The notes below the pieces were generated by a model, which saw only the letters and a list, made by a program, of their open reading frames with translations, had not been told where the DNA came from and ran no database searches. 64,000 nt of DNA, from NCBI GenBank assembly GCA_016871755.1, contig VHCJ01000003.1, positions 94,053-158,052 of the forward strand. The letters are read 5' to 3'. The translations under genes were made by a program, and so were the position numbers. The stretch comes from Verrucomicrobiota bacterium (lineage in GTDB: Bacteria > Verrucomicrobiota > Verrucomicrobiia > Opitutales > Opitutaceae). Positions 48,310 through 56,836 of this stretch are shown piece after piece. Position 1 is the first letter of the stretch. Each line of letters begins with the position of its first letter.

Positions 48310-51096
48310 TCAAACGGTGAAGGCGGACTTGAGCAGGTCGGCGAGCTCGAGGCGGTGCAGGGCGAGGGCGCCGACGGCCGGGGAGGCGGCGGCGTCGCGG
48401 CCCGCGTAGGCTGGCTTGCGGCCGAAGAGCGCCTCGAGTTGCGGGGCGAGATGGGACCAGGCGCCCATATTCTGCGGTTCCTCCTGCACCCACACCACGC
48501 GGCTCTTGGCGTGGCGGCTCGCGATGGTCTGGAGCCGCTCGGCGTGCAGCGGGTAGAGCTGCTCGAGGCGGATGATCGCCGTGTCGGTGATGCCCTGCTT
48601 CTCCCGGTAATCGATCAGGTCGTAGTAGACCTTGCCCGAACACAGCAGCAGGCGCCTCGCCTCGCGCGGTGCGGAGGGATCCTCAAGGACTTCCTGGAAG
48701 GAGCCGGACGTGAACTCATCGATCCGCGAGACGGCGGCGGGATGGCGCAGGAGCGACTTCGGCGACATCACGACGAGCGGCTTGCGGAAGTCGCGCTTCA
48801 TCTGGCGCCGGAGCAGGTGGAAGAAGTTCGCCGGCGTCGTGACGTTGGCGACCTGGATGTTGTCCTCCGCGCAGAGCTGGAGGAATCGCTCAAGCCGGGC
48901 GGAGGAGTGCTCCGGTCCCTGGCCCTCGTAGCCGTGCGGCAGCAGGAGGACGATGCCGGAGCCGCGCTGCCACTTTGATTCGGCGCTGACGAGGAACTGG
49001 TCGATGACGACCTGGGCGCCGTTGGCGAAGTCGCCGAACTGCGCCTCCCACATGATCAGCATCTGCGGGTAATCGAGCGAGTAGCCGTAGTCGAAGCCGA
49101 GCACGGCGGCCTCGGAGAGAAGCGAATTGTAGACGCAGAAGCGGGCCTGCTTGGCCGGATCGAGGTGGTTCAGCGGCGTGTAGCGCTCGCGCGTCTCGTA
49201 ATCGTGCAGCACGGCGTGGCGATGGCTGAACGTACCGCGTTCGCAGTCCTGGCCGCTGAGGCGCACGGGCGTGCCCTCGAGCAGCAGCGTCGCATGGGCG
49301 AGGGCCTCGCCGAGGGACCAGTCGACCGGCCCGCCGTCGCGCAGCGCCTGCAGGCGTCCGTCGAGCAGGCGGCGGATCTTCGGGTTCACCTTGAACCCCT
49401 CGGGCAGGGTGGCGAGGCCCTTGATCGCCTTGGTGACCAGTTCGAGCGGGACCCCGGTGGGGACCTGCGCGTGGGAGTAGGCGGGCTGGAAGATGGCGTT
49501 GGATCCGGCGAACCGGGCCTGGGGATCGGCCGCCTTGGCCTTGCGGCGGGCGCTCTTCTCGGCCTCGCGCTTCTTGGCCTTCTCGAGATGGGCCTCAAGG
49601 GCGGCGAGGTACTCGGCCTTGATCGCGTCGCACTCCGCCGGGGTCAGACTGCCCTCGCGGATCAGCCGCTCCGTGTAGAGCGTCGAGACCAGCGGGTGGG
49701 AGGCGATCTTGTGGTAGAGGACCGGCTGCGTGAACGCCGGTTCGTCGGCCTCGTTGTGCCCGTGGCGGCGGAAGCACACCATGTCGATCACGACGTCGCG
49801 GCGGAACTTCACCCGGAATTCGAGCGCGAGGAGGGCGACCATGCAGACGGCCTCGGGATCATCGCCGTTCACGTGGAAGATCGGCGCCTCGATCATCTTC
49901 GCCACGTCGGTGCAGTAGCGCGTGGAGCGCGCGTCGCTTGGCAGCGTGGTGAAGCCGATCTGGTTGTTGATGACGATGTGCAGCGTGCCGCCGGTGCCGT
50001 AGCCCGGAAGCTGCGAGAAGTTGAGTGTTTCCGCGACCACGCCCTGACCCGCAAAGGCGGCGTCGCCGTGGACGAGGAGCGGAAGCACCCGCCGGCGCTC
50101 GGTGTCGCCGCGAAGCCGCTGGCGGGCGCGGGCCTTGCCCTCGACCACCGGGTTGACGATTTCGAGGTGGGACGGGTTGGACGCGAGCCGGACCTCCACC
50201 TTGGCGCCGGAGGCGGTGTCGAGCACCGACTCGTAGCCAAGGTGGTACTTCACGTCGCCGTCGCCGGCGACCGTCTCGGGAATGTAGTTCTCCGAGAACT
50301 GTTCGAACAGCACCTCGAACGGCTTGCGCAGGATCGAGGTCAGCACGTTGAGGCGGCCGCGGTGGGCCATGCCCATGACGATCTCCTCCACGCCCACGCC
50401 GGGCGAACCCTCGACGATCGCGTCGAGCGCCGCGATGAACGTCTCGCCGCCCTCCAGCGAGAAGCGCTTCTGGCCGACGTACTTCGTATGCAGGAAGCGC
50501 TCAAACAGCTCCGCCTTGTGGAGTCGCCGCAGGATGCGCGTCTTCTGATCCTTGGAAAACGACGGTTGGTTCCGCGTCGGCTCCATCCGGTCCTGCAGCC
50601 AGCGCCGCACCTCCGTGTCCTGGATGTGCGTGTACTCGACCCCGATCCGCCCGCAGTAGGTCTGGCGCAGATTGGCGACCAGTTCCCGCAGGGTGATGCG
50701 GCTGCCGTCGAGGTAGTGGCCGGCGTCGAAGCTACGGTCGAGGTCGGTCTCCCGCAGCCCAAACTCCTTCAGGGCCAGTCGCGGCGAGGGCTCCGGGGGA
50801 GCCGAAAGCGGGTCCAGATGGGCGTCGACGTGGCCGATCGAGCGGTAGTGGTAGATCAGGCTGTCGACTTGGGATTGCTTCCGGGCCTCGTCCGGCGCAA
50901 TCACGCCGGCGGATTCGCGCCCGGCGGCGGAGCCCCCCTTCGCCCCGGCGGGACGAGGCGCCTCGGCGGCGAGGGAAAAGCCGTGGAAGAACGCATTCCA
51001 CGTGGCATCGACGGACTGGGGATCCTGCAGCCAGGCGGCATAGGCCGCGTCGATGACGTCGGCATTGGCCCGGGTGGGCAGGGAAAAGGAATTCAT
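48310..51096 (-). CDS. sucA: 2-oxoglutarate dehydrogenase E1 component
   Basis: 928-aa ORF. The N-terminus [32 protein letters not shown] is typical, as are the ThDP blocks ([25 protein letters not shown]). It sits directly upstream of sucB and lpdA. Confidence 0.9.
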   Translation of the reverse strand: MNSFSLPTRANADVIDAAYAAWLQDPQSVDATWNAFFHGFSLAAEAPRPAGAKGGSAAGRESAGVIAPDEARKQSQVDSLIYHYRSIGHVDAHLDPLSAPPEPSPRLALKEFGLRETDLDRSFDAGHYLDGSRITLRELVANLRQTYCGRIGVEYTHIQDTEVRRWLQDRMEPTRNQPSFSKDQKTRILRRLHKAELFERFLHTKYVGQKRFSLEGGETFIAALDAIVEGSPGVGVEEIVMGMAHRGRLNVLTSILRKPFEVLFEQFSENYIPETVAGDGDVKYHLGYESVLDTASGAKVEVRLASNPSHLEIVNPVVEGKARARQRLRGDTERRRVLPLLVHGDAAFAGQGVVAETLNFSQLPGYGTGGTLHIVINNQIGFTTLPSDARSTRYCTDVAKMIEAPIFHVNGDDPEAVCMVALLALEFRVKFRRDVVIDMVCFRRHGHNEADEPAFTQPVLYHKIASHPLVSTLYTERLIREGSLTPAECDAIKAEYLAALEAHLEKAKKREAEKSARRKAKAADPQARFAGSNAIFQPAYSHAQVPTGVPLELVTKAIKGLATLPEGFKVNPKIRRLLDGRLQALRDGGPVDWSLGEALAHATLLLEGTPVRLSGQDCERGTFSHRHAVLHDYETRERYTPLNHLDPAKQARFCVYNSLLSEAAVLGFDYGYSLDYPQMLIMWEAQFGDFANGAQVVIDQFLVSAESKWQRGSGIVLLLPHGYEGQGPEHSSARLERFLQLCAEDNIQVANVTTPANFFHLLRRQMKRDFRKPLVVMSPKSLLRHPAAVSRIDEFTSGSFQEVLEDPSAPREARRLLLCSGKVYYDLIDYREKQGITDTAIIRLEQLYPLHAERLQTIASRHAKSRVVWVQEEPQNMGAWSHLAPQLEALFGRKPAYAGRDAAASPAVGALALHRLELADLLKSAFTV

Positions 51097-51232
51097 GGAC
51101 GGGAAGGTGAAGGTTGGATTCCGCGCTCACCAGTGCGGGCGGTCAGAGACCTCCCGGTGTCGAGACATGGACCCCGCAGACGCTGCCCCGTCCCGGGCAG
51201 GTGGCAAGTCGCTCCCGGACCTTGCCCTTCGA

Positions 51233-51260
51233 TTGAAAGCTCGCTTACACTCATTAGAGT
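51233..51260 (+). promoter_or_regulatory. candidate sigma70-type promoter for the small-ORF/SUI1/COG0523 operon
   Basis: TTGAAA (51233-51238), a 16-nt spacer, then TAGAGT (51255-51260), 28 nt upstream of the ATG at 51288. It lies in a locally AT-richer patch. Confidence 0.3.
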
Positions 51261-51287
51261 TGGTCATTAGATCGTCCCCGCTCGCCC

Positions 51288-51533
51288 ATGGAGGCCCAGA
51301 TCAAAGATAATCTAATTCACTTGCTTGACGGCATTAAGCGCTCTGATGCCAACGCGATTCTCGCGGGTTTGGAGAGACTGGATCACCAGCTGGCGCAGGG
51401 AAGACCCGGGCTACATCCGCAACTTGTTCACTATCTGGAGGGTCGCAGCTACGCCAAAGCCTTGGCTTGGCTGGGAGGGGATCCGGCGGTCCCGACCGGC
51501 TCCTGCGCCCCGCGGCGACCGACGGCGTCATGA
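51288..51533 (+). CDS. small hypothetical protein (81 aa) translationally coupled to SUI1
   Basis: The ORF has helical, protein-like sequence (MEAQIKDNLIHLLDGIKRSDANAILAGLERLDHQLAQ...HPQLVHYLEGRSYAKALAWLGG). Its TGA overlaps the next ATG (ATGA at 51530-51533). Confidence 0.5.
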   Translation: MEAQIKDNLIHLLDGIKRSDANAILAGLERLDHQLAQGRPGLHPQLVHYLEGRSYAKALAWLGGDPAVPTGSCAPRRPTAS

Positions 51534-51943
51534 CCAAAGCACGGCAGCCCACGGACGGCGGCGCGTCGTTGTCGCAAAGCCCCTTCGATAAGCTGGCGGC
51601 TCCGGCTGCGGCGGTGGGCGCGGCGTCGGCGACCGGGGCCAAGGCGGCGGGAGTGCCGGCGGCTCCGGCACCGGTTTCACGGGCTGAGCCGGTGCGGAAC
51701 CGAGGGCGGGTCGATGTTCGCCGCAGCACGGCCGGGCGCGGAGGCAAGACCGTGACGATCGTGCAGGGCTTTGTGGGCATCGGATTGCCCGAGAAGGAGG
51801 AACTTGCGCGCCGCATGCAGAGGCGCTGTGGCACCGGCGGGACGGTCAAGGAAGGGCGCATCGAGATTCAGGGGGACCAGCGCGACGCAGTGATCGAGAT
51901 TCTGGAGGCGGCGGGCTTCCGCCCGGTGCGGGCGGGGGGCTAG
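51530..51943 (+). CDS. yciH: translation initiation factor SUI1 / YciH family protein
   Basis: ORF 51467..51943 trimmed to the ATG at 51530. The SUI1 core is RVDVRRSTAGRGGKTVTIVQGF ... LARRMQRRCGTGGTVKEGRIEIQGDQRDAVIEILEAAGF. Confidence 0.8.
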   Translation: MTKARQPTDGGASLSQSPFDKLAAPAAAVGAASATGAKAAGVPAAPAPVSRAEPVRNRGRVDVRRSTAGRGGKTVTIVQGFVGIGLPEKEELARRMQRRCGTGGTVKEGRIEIQGDQRDAVIEILEAAGFRPVRAGG

Positions 51944-51972
51944 CTCCCGGGCGCGGGCAGCAGCGAGACTCC

Positions 51973-53229
51973 ATGAGTACGGCTCCCGATCCCCGGCCCC
52001 CGGTCACGGTGCTCTGCGGATTCCTCGGTGCCGGGAAGACCACCCTGTTAAATTACCTGCTCGGGCAGACGGAAGGGGAGCGTTGGGCGCTGGTCGTCAA
52101 TGATGTCGCTGCCGTGAACATCGATGCCCGGCAAGTGGCGGTGCGGGCGGAGGAGGTGGCGGGGTCGGGAGCGGAGTCGCCGCCGGTCATCGAGTTGGGC
52201 AACGGCTGCGTGTGCTGCTCGAGTCGCGATGACCTCGCCGAGTCGATCGTGCGCCTCGCGCTGACCGGCCGGCCCGGCGGACCAGAGGGACGGCCCTTTG
52301 ACCGCATCGTGGTGGAGACCACCGGCGTCGCCGAACCGAAGGCGATCGCGCACCTTTTCACGCAGCGCAACCCCTTCGGTCGTTCCCTCGCGGACGTGGC
52401 GCGGCTCGCGGCGCTGGTGACGGTGGTCGACGCCGGGCACTTCCTGCGCCTTTGGCGGGAGAGCGGCCCGTTGCGCCCGGGGCCGCGGGCGGCGGAGCGC
52501 GCCGGGTCGGGGGGCGGGACGCGGCCGCTCGTCGAACTGCTCATCGAACAACTGGAGACAACGGACCTCGTGGTGCTGAACAAGTGCGACCGCGTGACCG
52601 CCGAGGAGCGCGGCACTCTGGAGGAGGCGATCGCGGGATTGAATCCGCGGGCGGACCTCGTGGCGGCCGAGCACGGCCAGGTGCCGCGCGAAGTGGTGCT
52701 GGACCGGATTCGCTTCTCGGAGCGGGAGACGCTGGGTGGGGCGGCATGGATTCGGGCGCTGAACGCGTTGGCGCCGCGGCCCGCGACGGCGTCCCTGCCG
52801 CCCGGGGCCGTGCTCGCGCGACCGGTCGCTGCGGCGGTGCCGAGACACGAACGACGCTACGGACTGCGCAGCTTCGTCTTGCAAGCCCGGTGCCCCTTTC
52901 GCCGCGACCGCCTGCTCGCGGCTTTGGATACCGCGCGTCCCGGGCTCGTGCGGGCGAAAGGCTTCGTGTGGCTGGCGGAGCAGCCCGACGAAATGCTCTT
53001 CCTGTCGGTCGCGGGCGACGAGGTGCGTCTCGAAACCCTGAACTACTGGTGGGCGGCGCTGATCGAGCATGGGCGGGCGCGGCTCGAGGATCGACCGGAG
53101 CTGATCCGGGCGCTGTGGGCGGAGCCCCACGGCGACCGCCGCCAGGAGTTGGTGTTCATCGGAGCGGACATGGACGAAGCGGCCCTGAGGGCGGCGCTCG
53201 ATGTCGCGATGGTGGCGGAGGCCGGGTGA
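51973..53229 (+). CDS. COG0523 (CobW/HypB/UreG-type) G3E GTPase, putative metallochaperone
   Basis: 418-aa ORF with P-loop GFLGAGKTTLLN, the metal-binding CxCC motif (GCVCCSS), the switch block VVETTGVAEP, NKCD and a CobW_C-like C-terminus. Confidence 0.85.
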   Translation: MSTAPDPRPPVTVLCGFLGAGKTTLLNYLLGQTEGERWALVVNDVAAVNIDARQVAVRAEEVAGSGAESPPVIELGNGCVCCSSRDDLAESIVRLALTGRPGGPEGRPFDRIVVETTGVAEPKAIAHLFTQRNPFGRSLADVARLAALVTVVDAGHFLRLWRESGPLRPGPRAAERAGSGGGTRPLVELLIEQLETTDLVVLNKCDRVTAEERGTLEEAIAGLNPRADLVAAEHGQVPREVVLDRIRFSERETLGGAAWIRALNALAPRPATASLPPGAVLARPVAAAVPRHERRYGLRSFVLQARCPFRRDRLLAALDTARPGLVRAKGFVWLAEQPDEMLFLSVAGDEVRLETLNYWWAALIEHGRARLEDRPELIRALWAEPHGDRRQELVFIGADMDEAALRAALDVAMVAEAG

Positions 53230-53302
53230 TGCGCGCGAAAAGCGAAGCCCGGCGGGGGATTTTCACGTGGCGACCGGTTCTGCGGAGGCAGGAGATAGCG
53301 TC

Positions 53303-55012
53303 ATGATGCAGTGGCTTCCACTCGGGGACACCCTTCCCGCCGGCGATCTCCGGCGGCGTTGCGCGCTCAGCCTCCAGCGCCTGCAGGACCCGCCCTTCCG
53401 CTTCGGCGCGATGATCGAAGCCTCGACGGCCCGGGAGGCTCCGGGGGACTGGGTGGGGCGCGGGCTGCTGGGACTGACCCTGCTCTCGCAGGTCCTGCGG
53501 GTCACGCCGGACAGCGTGGAAGAGATCGTGGCGGGGTTGCCGGGGGCGCTGAACCCCCGCGGCTACCTCGGGGAGGTCCTGCCGCCTGGGCGGGTGGATG
53601 AAAATCAAGTTGCGGGTCACAACGCCCTGTTGCGCGGGCTGTCGGAGTATCTGCTCTGGAAGGACGATCCCCGGGCGCGGGCCGTCCTCGAGGGTGCGTT
53701 GCGCGAGTTGATGCTTCCGGTGGCGCCCCTGCTGCCACAGTACCCGGATCGCAAGTTGGAGAAACTGGCGGACGGCGTGCCGATCGGCCTGACGGTGCGC
53801 AATGAGGGTGCGTGGGTGGGGTTGTCCACGGACATCGGCGTCGTCTTCTTCACGCTGGACGGGCTCACGCAGGCGTACGCGCTCAGCCCGTCGCCCGCGT
53901 TGCACGGGCTCATCGCCGCGATGATCGCCCGGTACGCCCAGTTGGACGTCCGGGCGATGAGTGCGCAGACCCATGCGACGCTGAGTACTCTCCGCGGCAT
54001 CCTCCGCTGGTGGGAGGAGGTGGATCCCCGGCCGGAGTACCTTGCGCTCGTGCGCGACCGGTACGCTCTTTACCGGGCAGTGGCGGAGACGGAGCACTTC
54101 GCGAACTACAACTGGTTCGACCGCCCGCTCTGGACCGAGGCGTGCGCGGTGGTGGATTCGTTCCTGCTGGCGGCGGAGTTGTGGCGCGTGACCGGGGAGC
54201 CGGAGTACCTTGCGGCGGCGCATCGCGTCTACTTCAACGCGCTCAGCTATGCGCAGCGACCGAACGGCGGGTTCGGCTGCGACCAGTGTGTCGGCGCCGA
54301 TGGGCGGATGGAGCTTTCACCGCATCCGGAAATCTTCGAAGCCCCGTGGTGCTGCACGATGCGCGGTGCCGAGGGGCTGGCGGTGGCGGCGCGCGCGCTG
54401 GCGGCGACCGACCCGGTGGCAAGGGCGGTGGCGCTGCCGTTCTACTTCGAGGGTGAGGCGATCCTGCGCTTCGCGGATGGCACGGCGCGCGTACGCTGCC
54501 GCAGCGAGTACCCGTTGGCGGGACGCGTGGAGTGGACGGTGCTCGAGAGCACGCTGGCCGCCGGGGTCGCGTGGACCTGCTTCGTCCCGCCCGGCGTCGC
54601 AGCGGAGACGATGCATCTGCGGCAGGATGGCCGGGAACTCGCCCTGCATCCCGCGAGGTCGGGCTTTGTCGGGGCGGAGGTCGTGCTGACCGAGGGAGCA
54701 CGGCTGGAACTGGCGTTCGCGCTCCACGTTTCCGCCGAGGCACCGGCACCCGGATCCCGGGTCCGCGGACACCGCCGGTTCGCCCTCGGTCCTCTCGTCC
54801 TTGGGCTTGAAGCGGTGGGAGCGGAGGCACCGGAGCGCCTGCCGCAGGCGCTGGACTTCGCGGCGGAGGGGCGCGGCCGCTTCCGGTGTCGGCGTACCGG
54901 CGCGGTGCTCACGCCCTTCCACGATCTCACCTACCGCTCGGAGGCGGAGGCCCGGGCGCACCGGACGCGGCTGCTGTTTCCGTGGCCGGAGGAGACTCCC
55001 GCGGAGCGATGA
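53303..55012 (+). CDS. DUF1680 / GH127-like (beta-L-arabinofuranosidase-like) protein
   Basis: ORF 53201..55012 trimmed to the ATG at 53303 (MMQWLPLGD...). WTEACAVVDS, then 69 residues later APWCCTMRG, mirror the E-x-C ... CC zinc/catalytic signature of GH127. An (alpha/alpha)6-like repeat pattern lies upstream. Confidence 0.6.
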   Translation: MMQWLPLGDTLPAGDLRRRCALSLQRLQDPPFRFGAMIEASTAREAPGDWVGRGLLGLTLLSQVLRVTPDSVEEIVAGLPGALNPRGYLGEVLPPGRVDENQVAGHNALLRGLSEYLLWKDDPRARAVLEGALRELMLPVAPLLPQYPDRKLEKLADGVPIGLTVRNEGAWVGLSTDIGVVFFTLDGLTQAYALSPSPALHGLIAAMIARYAQLDVRAMSAQTHATLSTLRGILRWWEEVDPRPEYLALVRDRYALYRAVAETEHFANYNWFDRPLWTEACAVVDSFLLAAELWRVTGEPEYLAAAHRVYFNALSYAQRPNGGFGCDQCVGADGRMELSPHPEIFEAPWCCTMRGAEGLAVAARALAATDPVARAVALPFYFEGEAILRFADGTARVRCRSEYPLAGRVEWTVLESTLAAGVAWTCFVPPGVAAETMHLRQDGRELALHPARSGFVGAEVVLTEGARLELAFALHVSAEAPAPGSRVRGHRRFALGPLVLGLEAVGAEAPERLPQALDFAAEGRGRFRCRRTGAVLTPFHDLTYRSEAEARAHRTRLLFPWPEETPAER

Positions 55013-55298
55013 CGAAGCCCGGCGTCGCGAGCACCTGTGCGACGACGACGCGGCTCAATGCGACGCGGGGGCGTTGGAAGCGCCAGCCCCGTGCGGGAGC
55101 GCCGGGGGTTTGGACGACGATCGTGGTCTCGGAAACCGGGCAGCCGGCATCTACGCAGTGCGTGGTGTGGACGGATACCACGGTTTCGGGGCCGAGTTGG
55201 AGTGCGCGACGCGTCCAGCGTTTCAGTGCCGCGGCCTCCTCCGCCGCGGTCGGCGACGGATCAACCGGGGACGGGCCATCGGGCACGAAACGATGCAT
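54927..55298 (-). CDS. small hypothetical Cys-containing protein downstream of the WD40 gene
   Basis: 123-aa ORF with its ATG 15 nt after the WD40 stop. The core LGPETVVSVHTTHCVDAGCPVSETTIVVQT looks protein-like. The low-complexity tail overlaps the convergent DUF1680 gene by 86 nt. Confidence 0.4.
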   Translation of the reverse strand: MHRFVPDGPSPVDPSPTAAEEAAALKRWTRRALQLGPETVVSVHTTHCVDAGCPVSETTIVVQTPGAPARGWRFQRPRVALSRVVVAQVLATPGFVIAPRESPPATETAAASGAPGPPPPSGR

Positions 55299-55313
55299 CC
55301 GCGCCGCCCCGGC

Positions 55314-56339
55314 TCAGGTGCCGCACCTCAGGACGTAGACCGGCCCCTTGGCCGTGCCCACGGCGAGCAGACGGTCGTCGGGCGACCACGCCAGCCGGGT
55401 GGCGGCGGACGGCAGGCGCACGGTTGCGCGAAGCGGCTGCGCGCGTTCCGGGCTCCAGAGCAGGAGACCCCCATCATCGGCGGCGGTGGCGAGCAACTCG
55501 TGACCATGTTGGAAAGCGACGGCGCAGACCTTGGCGTCGTGGGGCAGCATGGCCGGCTCGCGCCCCTCCGGACCCTTGCCCGAGCAGTCCCAGACGCACG
55601 CATCGTGTCCGCCCCCGGTGGCCAGCCAGCGACTGCTGCGGTCGAAGGAGAGCTCACGGACCTTGCCCTCGTAGCCGCTCATGTGGAGCTCGTCGTCCTC
55701 GGCGGGGAGCCAGAGGTGCACGCTCGGGTCCTGGTTGCCGGACACCAGCCACCGGCCGTCGGGGGACCACGTCAGGGCGTGGATGCCATTGGCGTAGGCG
55801 TACGTGCGGTGAGTGCTGAAGTCGTCCCCCTTCCAGAGCTGAACGCCACCGAATGAAGCGGCGGCCAGGAGCGTGCCCTGCGGGTGCCAGGCGAGGGCGC
55901 TGACGGTCTTGGCGGCGTCGGCAAAGCGGTGCGGCACCGTGCCGTCGGCGAGGACGGCGCTGACGCGGCGGCCCGCAGCGGCGGCGAGCCAGAGCGTCCC
56001 GCCCGAGTCGGCGGCGGGGGCCGGACGCCACGCGAGATGATCGACCCACGCGCCGCCGAGTTCAGCGGTGGCGGTGTGCTGGCCGGCATCGGTGTCCCAG
56101 AACTTCACCGCGCCGTCCTGTCCCCCGGTGGCGAGACCGTGCTGCCGCGGATGCCAGGCGAGGACATTCGTCCCGTCCTCATGTCCGGCCAAGGTGTGCA
56201 GGGCCGCGCCATCGTCGGCGGCGCGCAGGGCGACGGGGCCTGCGGAGGAGGCGGCGGCGAGCTGCCGGCCATCGTGGGACCACGCGAGATCGATCACGTA
56301 ATCGTCGAGAGTGAAGGCCCAGTGCTTGGTCAGCTCCAT
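55314..56339 (-). CDS. WD40-repeat (beta-propeller) protein
   Basis: 341-aa ORF with about seven repeats of the WD pattern (e.g. HEDGTNVLAWHP..GLATGGQDGAVKFWD; VSALAWHPQGTLLAAASFGGVQLWK; IHALTWSPDGRWLVSGNQDPSVHLW). Confidence 0.8.
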   Translation of the reverse strand: MELTKHWAFTLDDYVIDLAWSHDGRQLAAASSAGPVALRAADDGAALHTLAGHEDGTNVLAWHPRQHGLATGGQDGAVKFWDTDAGQHTATAELGGAWVDHLAWRPAPAADSGGTLWLAAAAGRRVSAVLADGTVPHRFADAAKTVSALAWHPQGTLLAAASFGGVQLWKGDDFSTHRTYAYANGIHALTWSPDGRWLVSGNQDPSVHLWLPAEDDELHMSGYEGKVRELSFDRSSRWLATGGGHDACVWDCSGKGPEGREPAMLPHDAKVCAVAFQHGHELLATAADDGGLLLWSPERAQPLRATVRLPSAATRLAWSPDDRLLAVGTAKGPVYVLRCGT

Positions 56340-56442
56340 GAAACGGTGAGGCTGGGACCGGAGACGGCGGGACGGAAGCGCGAAAACGCGGCGGAAGCGG
56401 GGCGGGATTGCGTCGTGCCGGGGCGGCGCCTAGGGTCGGGGC

Positions 56443-56814
56443 ATGGAGCCGGAAGCCGCGATCAACGTCTTCGGAGGAGAACTCCGGGTGTGCGGCACCC
56501 GGCCGCTGACGGGCTTTTTCCGAGACGGACACTGCCAGACCTGTGCCGAGGACCACGGTTGCCACACCGTGTGCGTGGAGGTGAGCGAAGCGTTCCTCGC
56601 CTGGCAGGCCGAGGCGGGCAACGACCTGAGCACGCCGCGCCCTGAGTACGACTTCCCGGGACTGCGCCCGGGGGACCGCTGGTGCGTGTGCGCCTCGCGC
56701 TGGCGGGATGCGGTGGAGGCGGGGGTGTCCGCTCCGGTGGTCCTCGCCGCGACGCACCAGCGCACCCTGGAGCGGGTGCCGCTGGGATTGCTCCGCGACC
56801 ACGCCTGCGGGTAG
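56443..56814 (+). CDS. DUF2237 family Cys/His-rich protein
   Basis: 123-aa ORF. NVFGGELRVCGTRPLTGFFRDGHCQTCAEDHGCHTVCVEVSEAFLAWQAEAGNDLSTPRPEYDFPGLRPGDRWCVCASRW matches the DUF2237 consensus as I remember it. Confidence 0.8.
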   Translation: MEPEAAINVFGGELRVCGTRPLTGFFRDGHCQTCAEDHGCHTVCVEVSEAFLAWQAEAGNDLSTPRPEYDFPGLRPGDRWCVCASRWRDAVEAGVSAPVVLAATHQRTLERVPLGLLRDHACG

Positions 56815-56818
56815 GCGT
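56690..56818. repeat. 129-bp direct repeat, copy A (3' end of the DUF2237 gene plus 4 nt)
   Basis: It aligns without gaps to 58795-58923 (offset 2105) with 5 mismatches, counted by eye. Confidence 0.9.
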
Positions 56819-56836
56819 GATCGCGAGCGGAATCAC

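Noticed and set aside
51944-51972. Zur/Fur-type AT-rich palindromic operator upstream of the COG0523 gene, and upstream of PTPS/folE2 at 59738-59834
   Set aside because: Both regions are GC-rich with no palindrome resembling known Zur boxes. Zinc regulation remains a hypothesis from gene content only.
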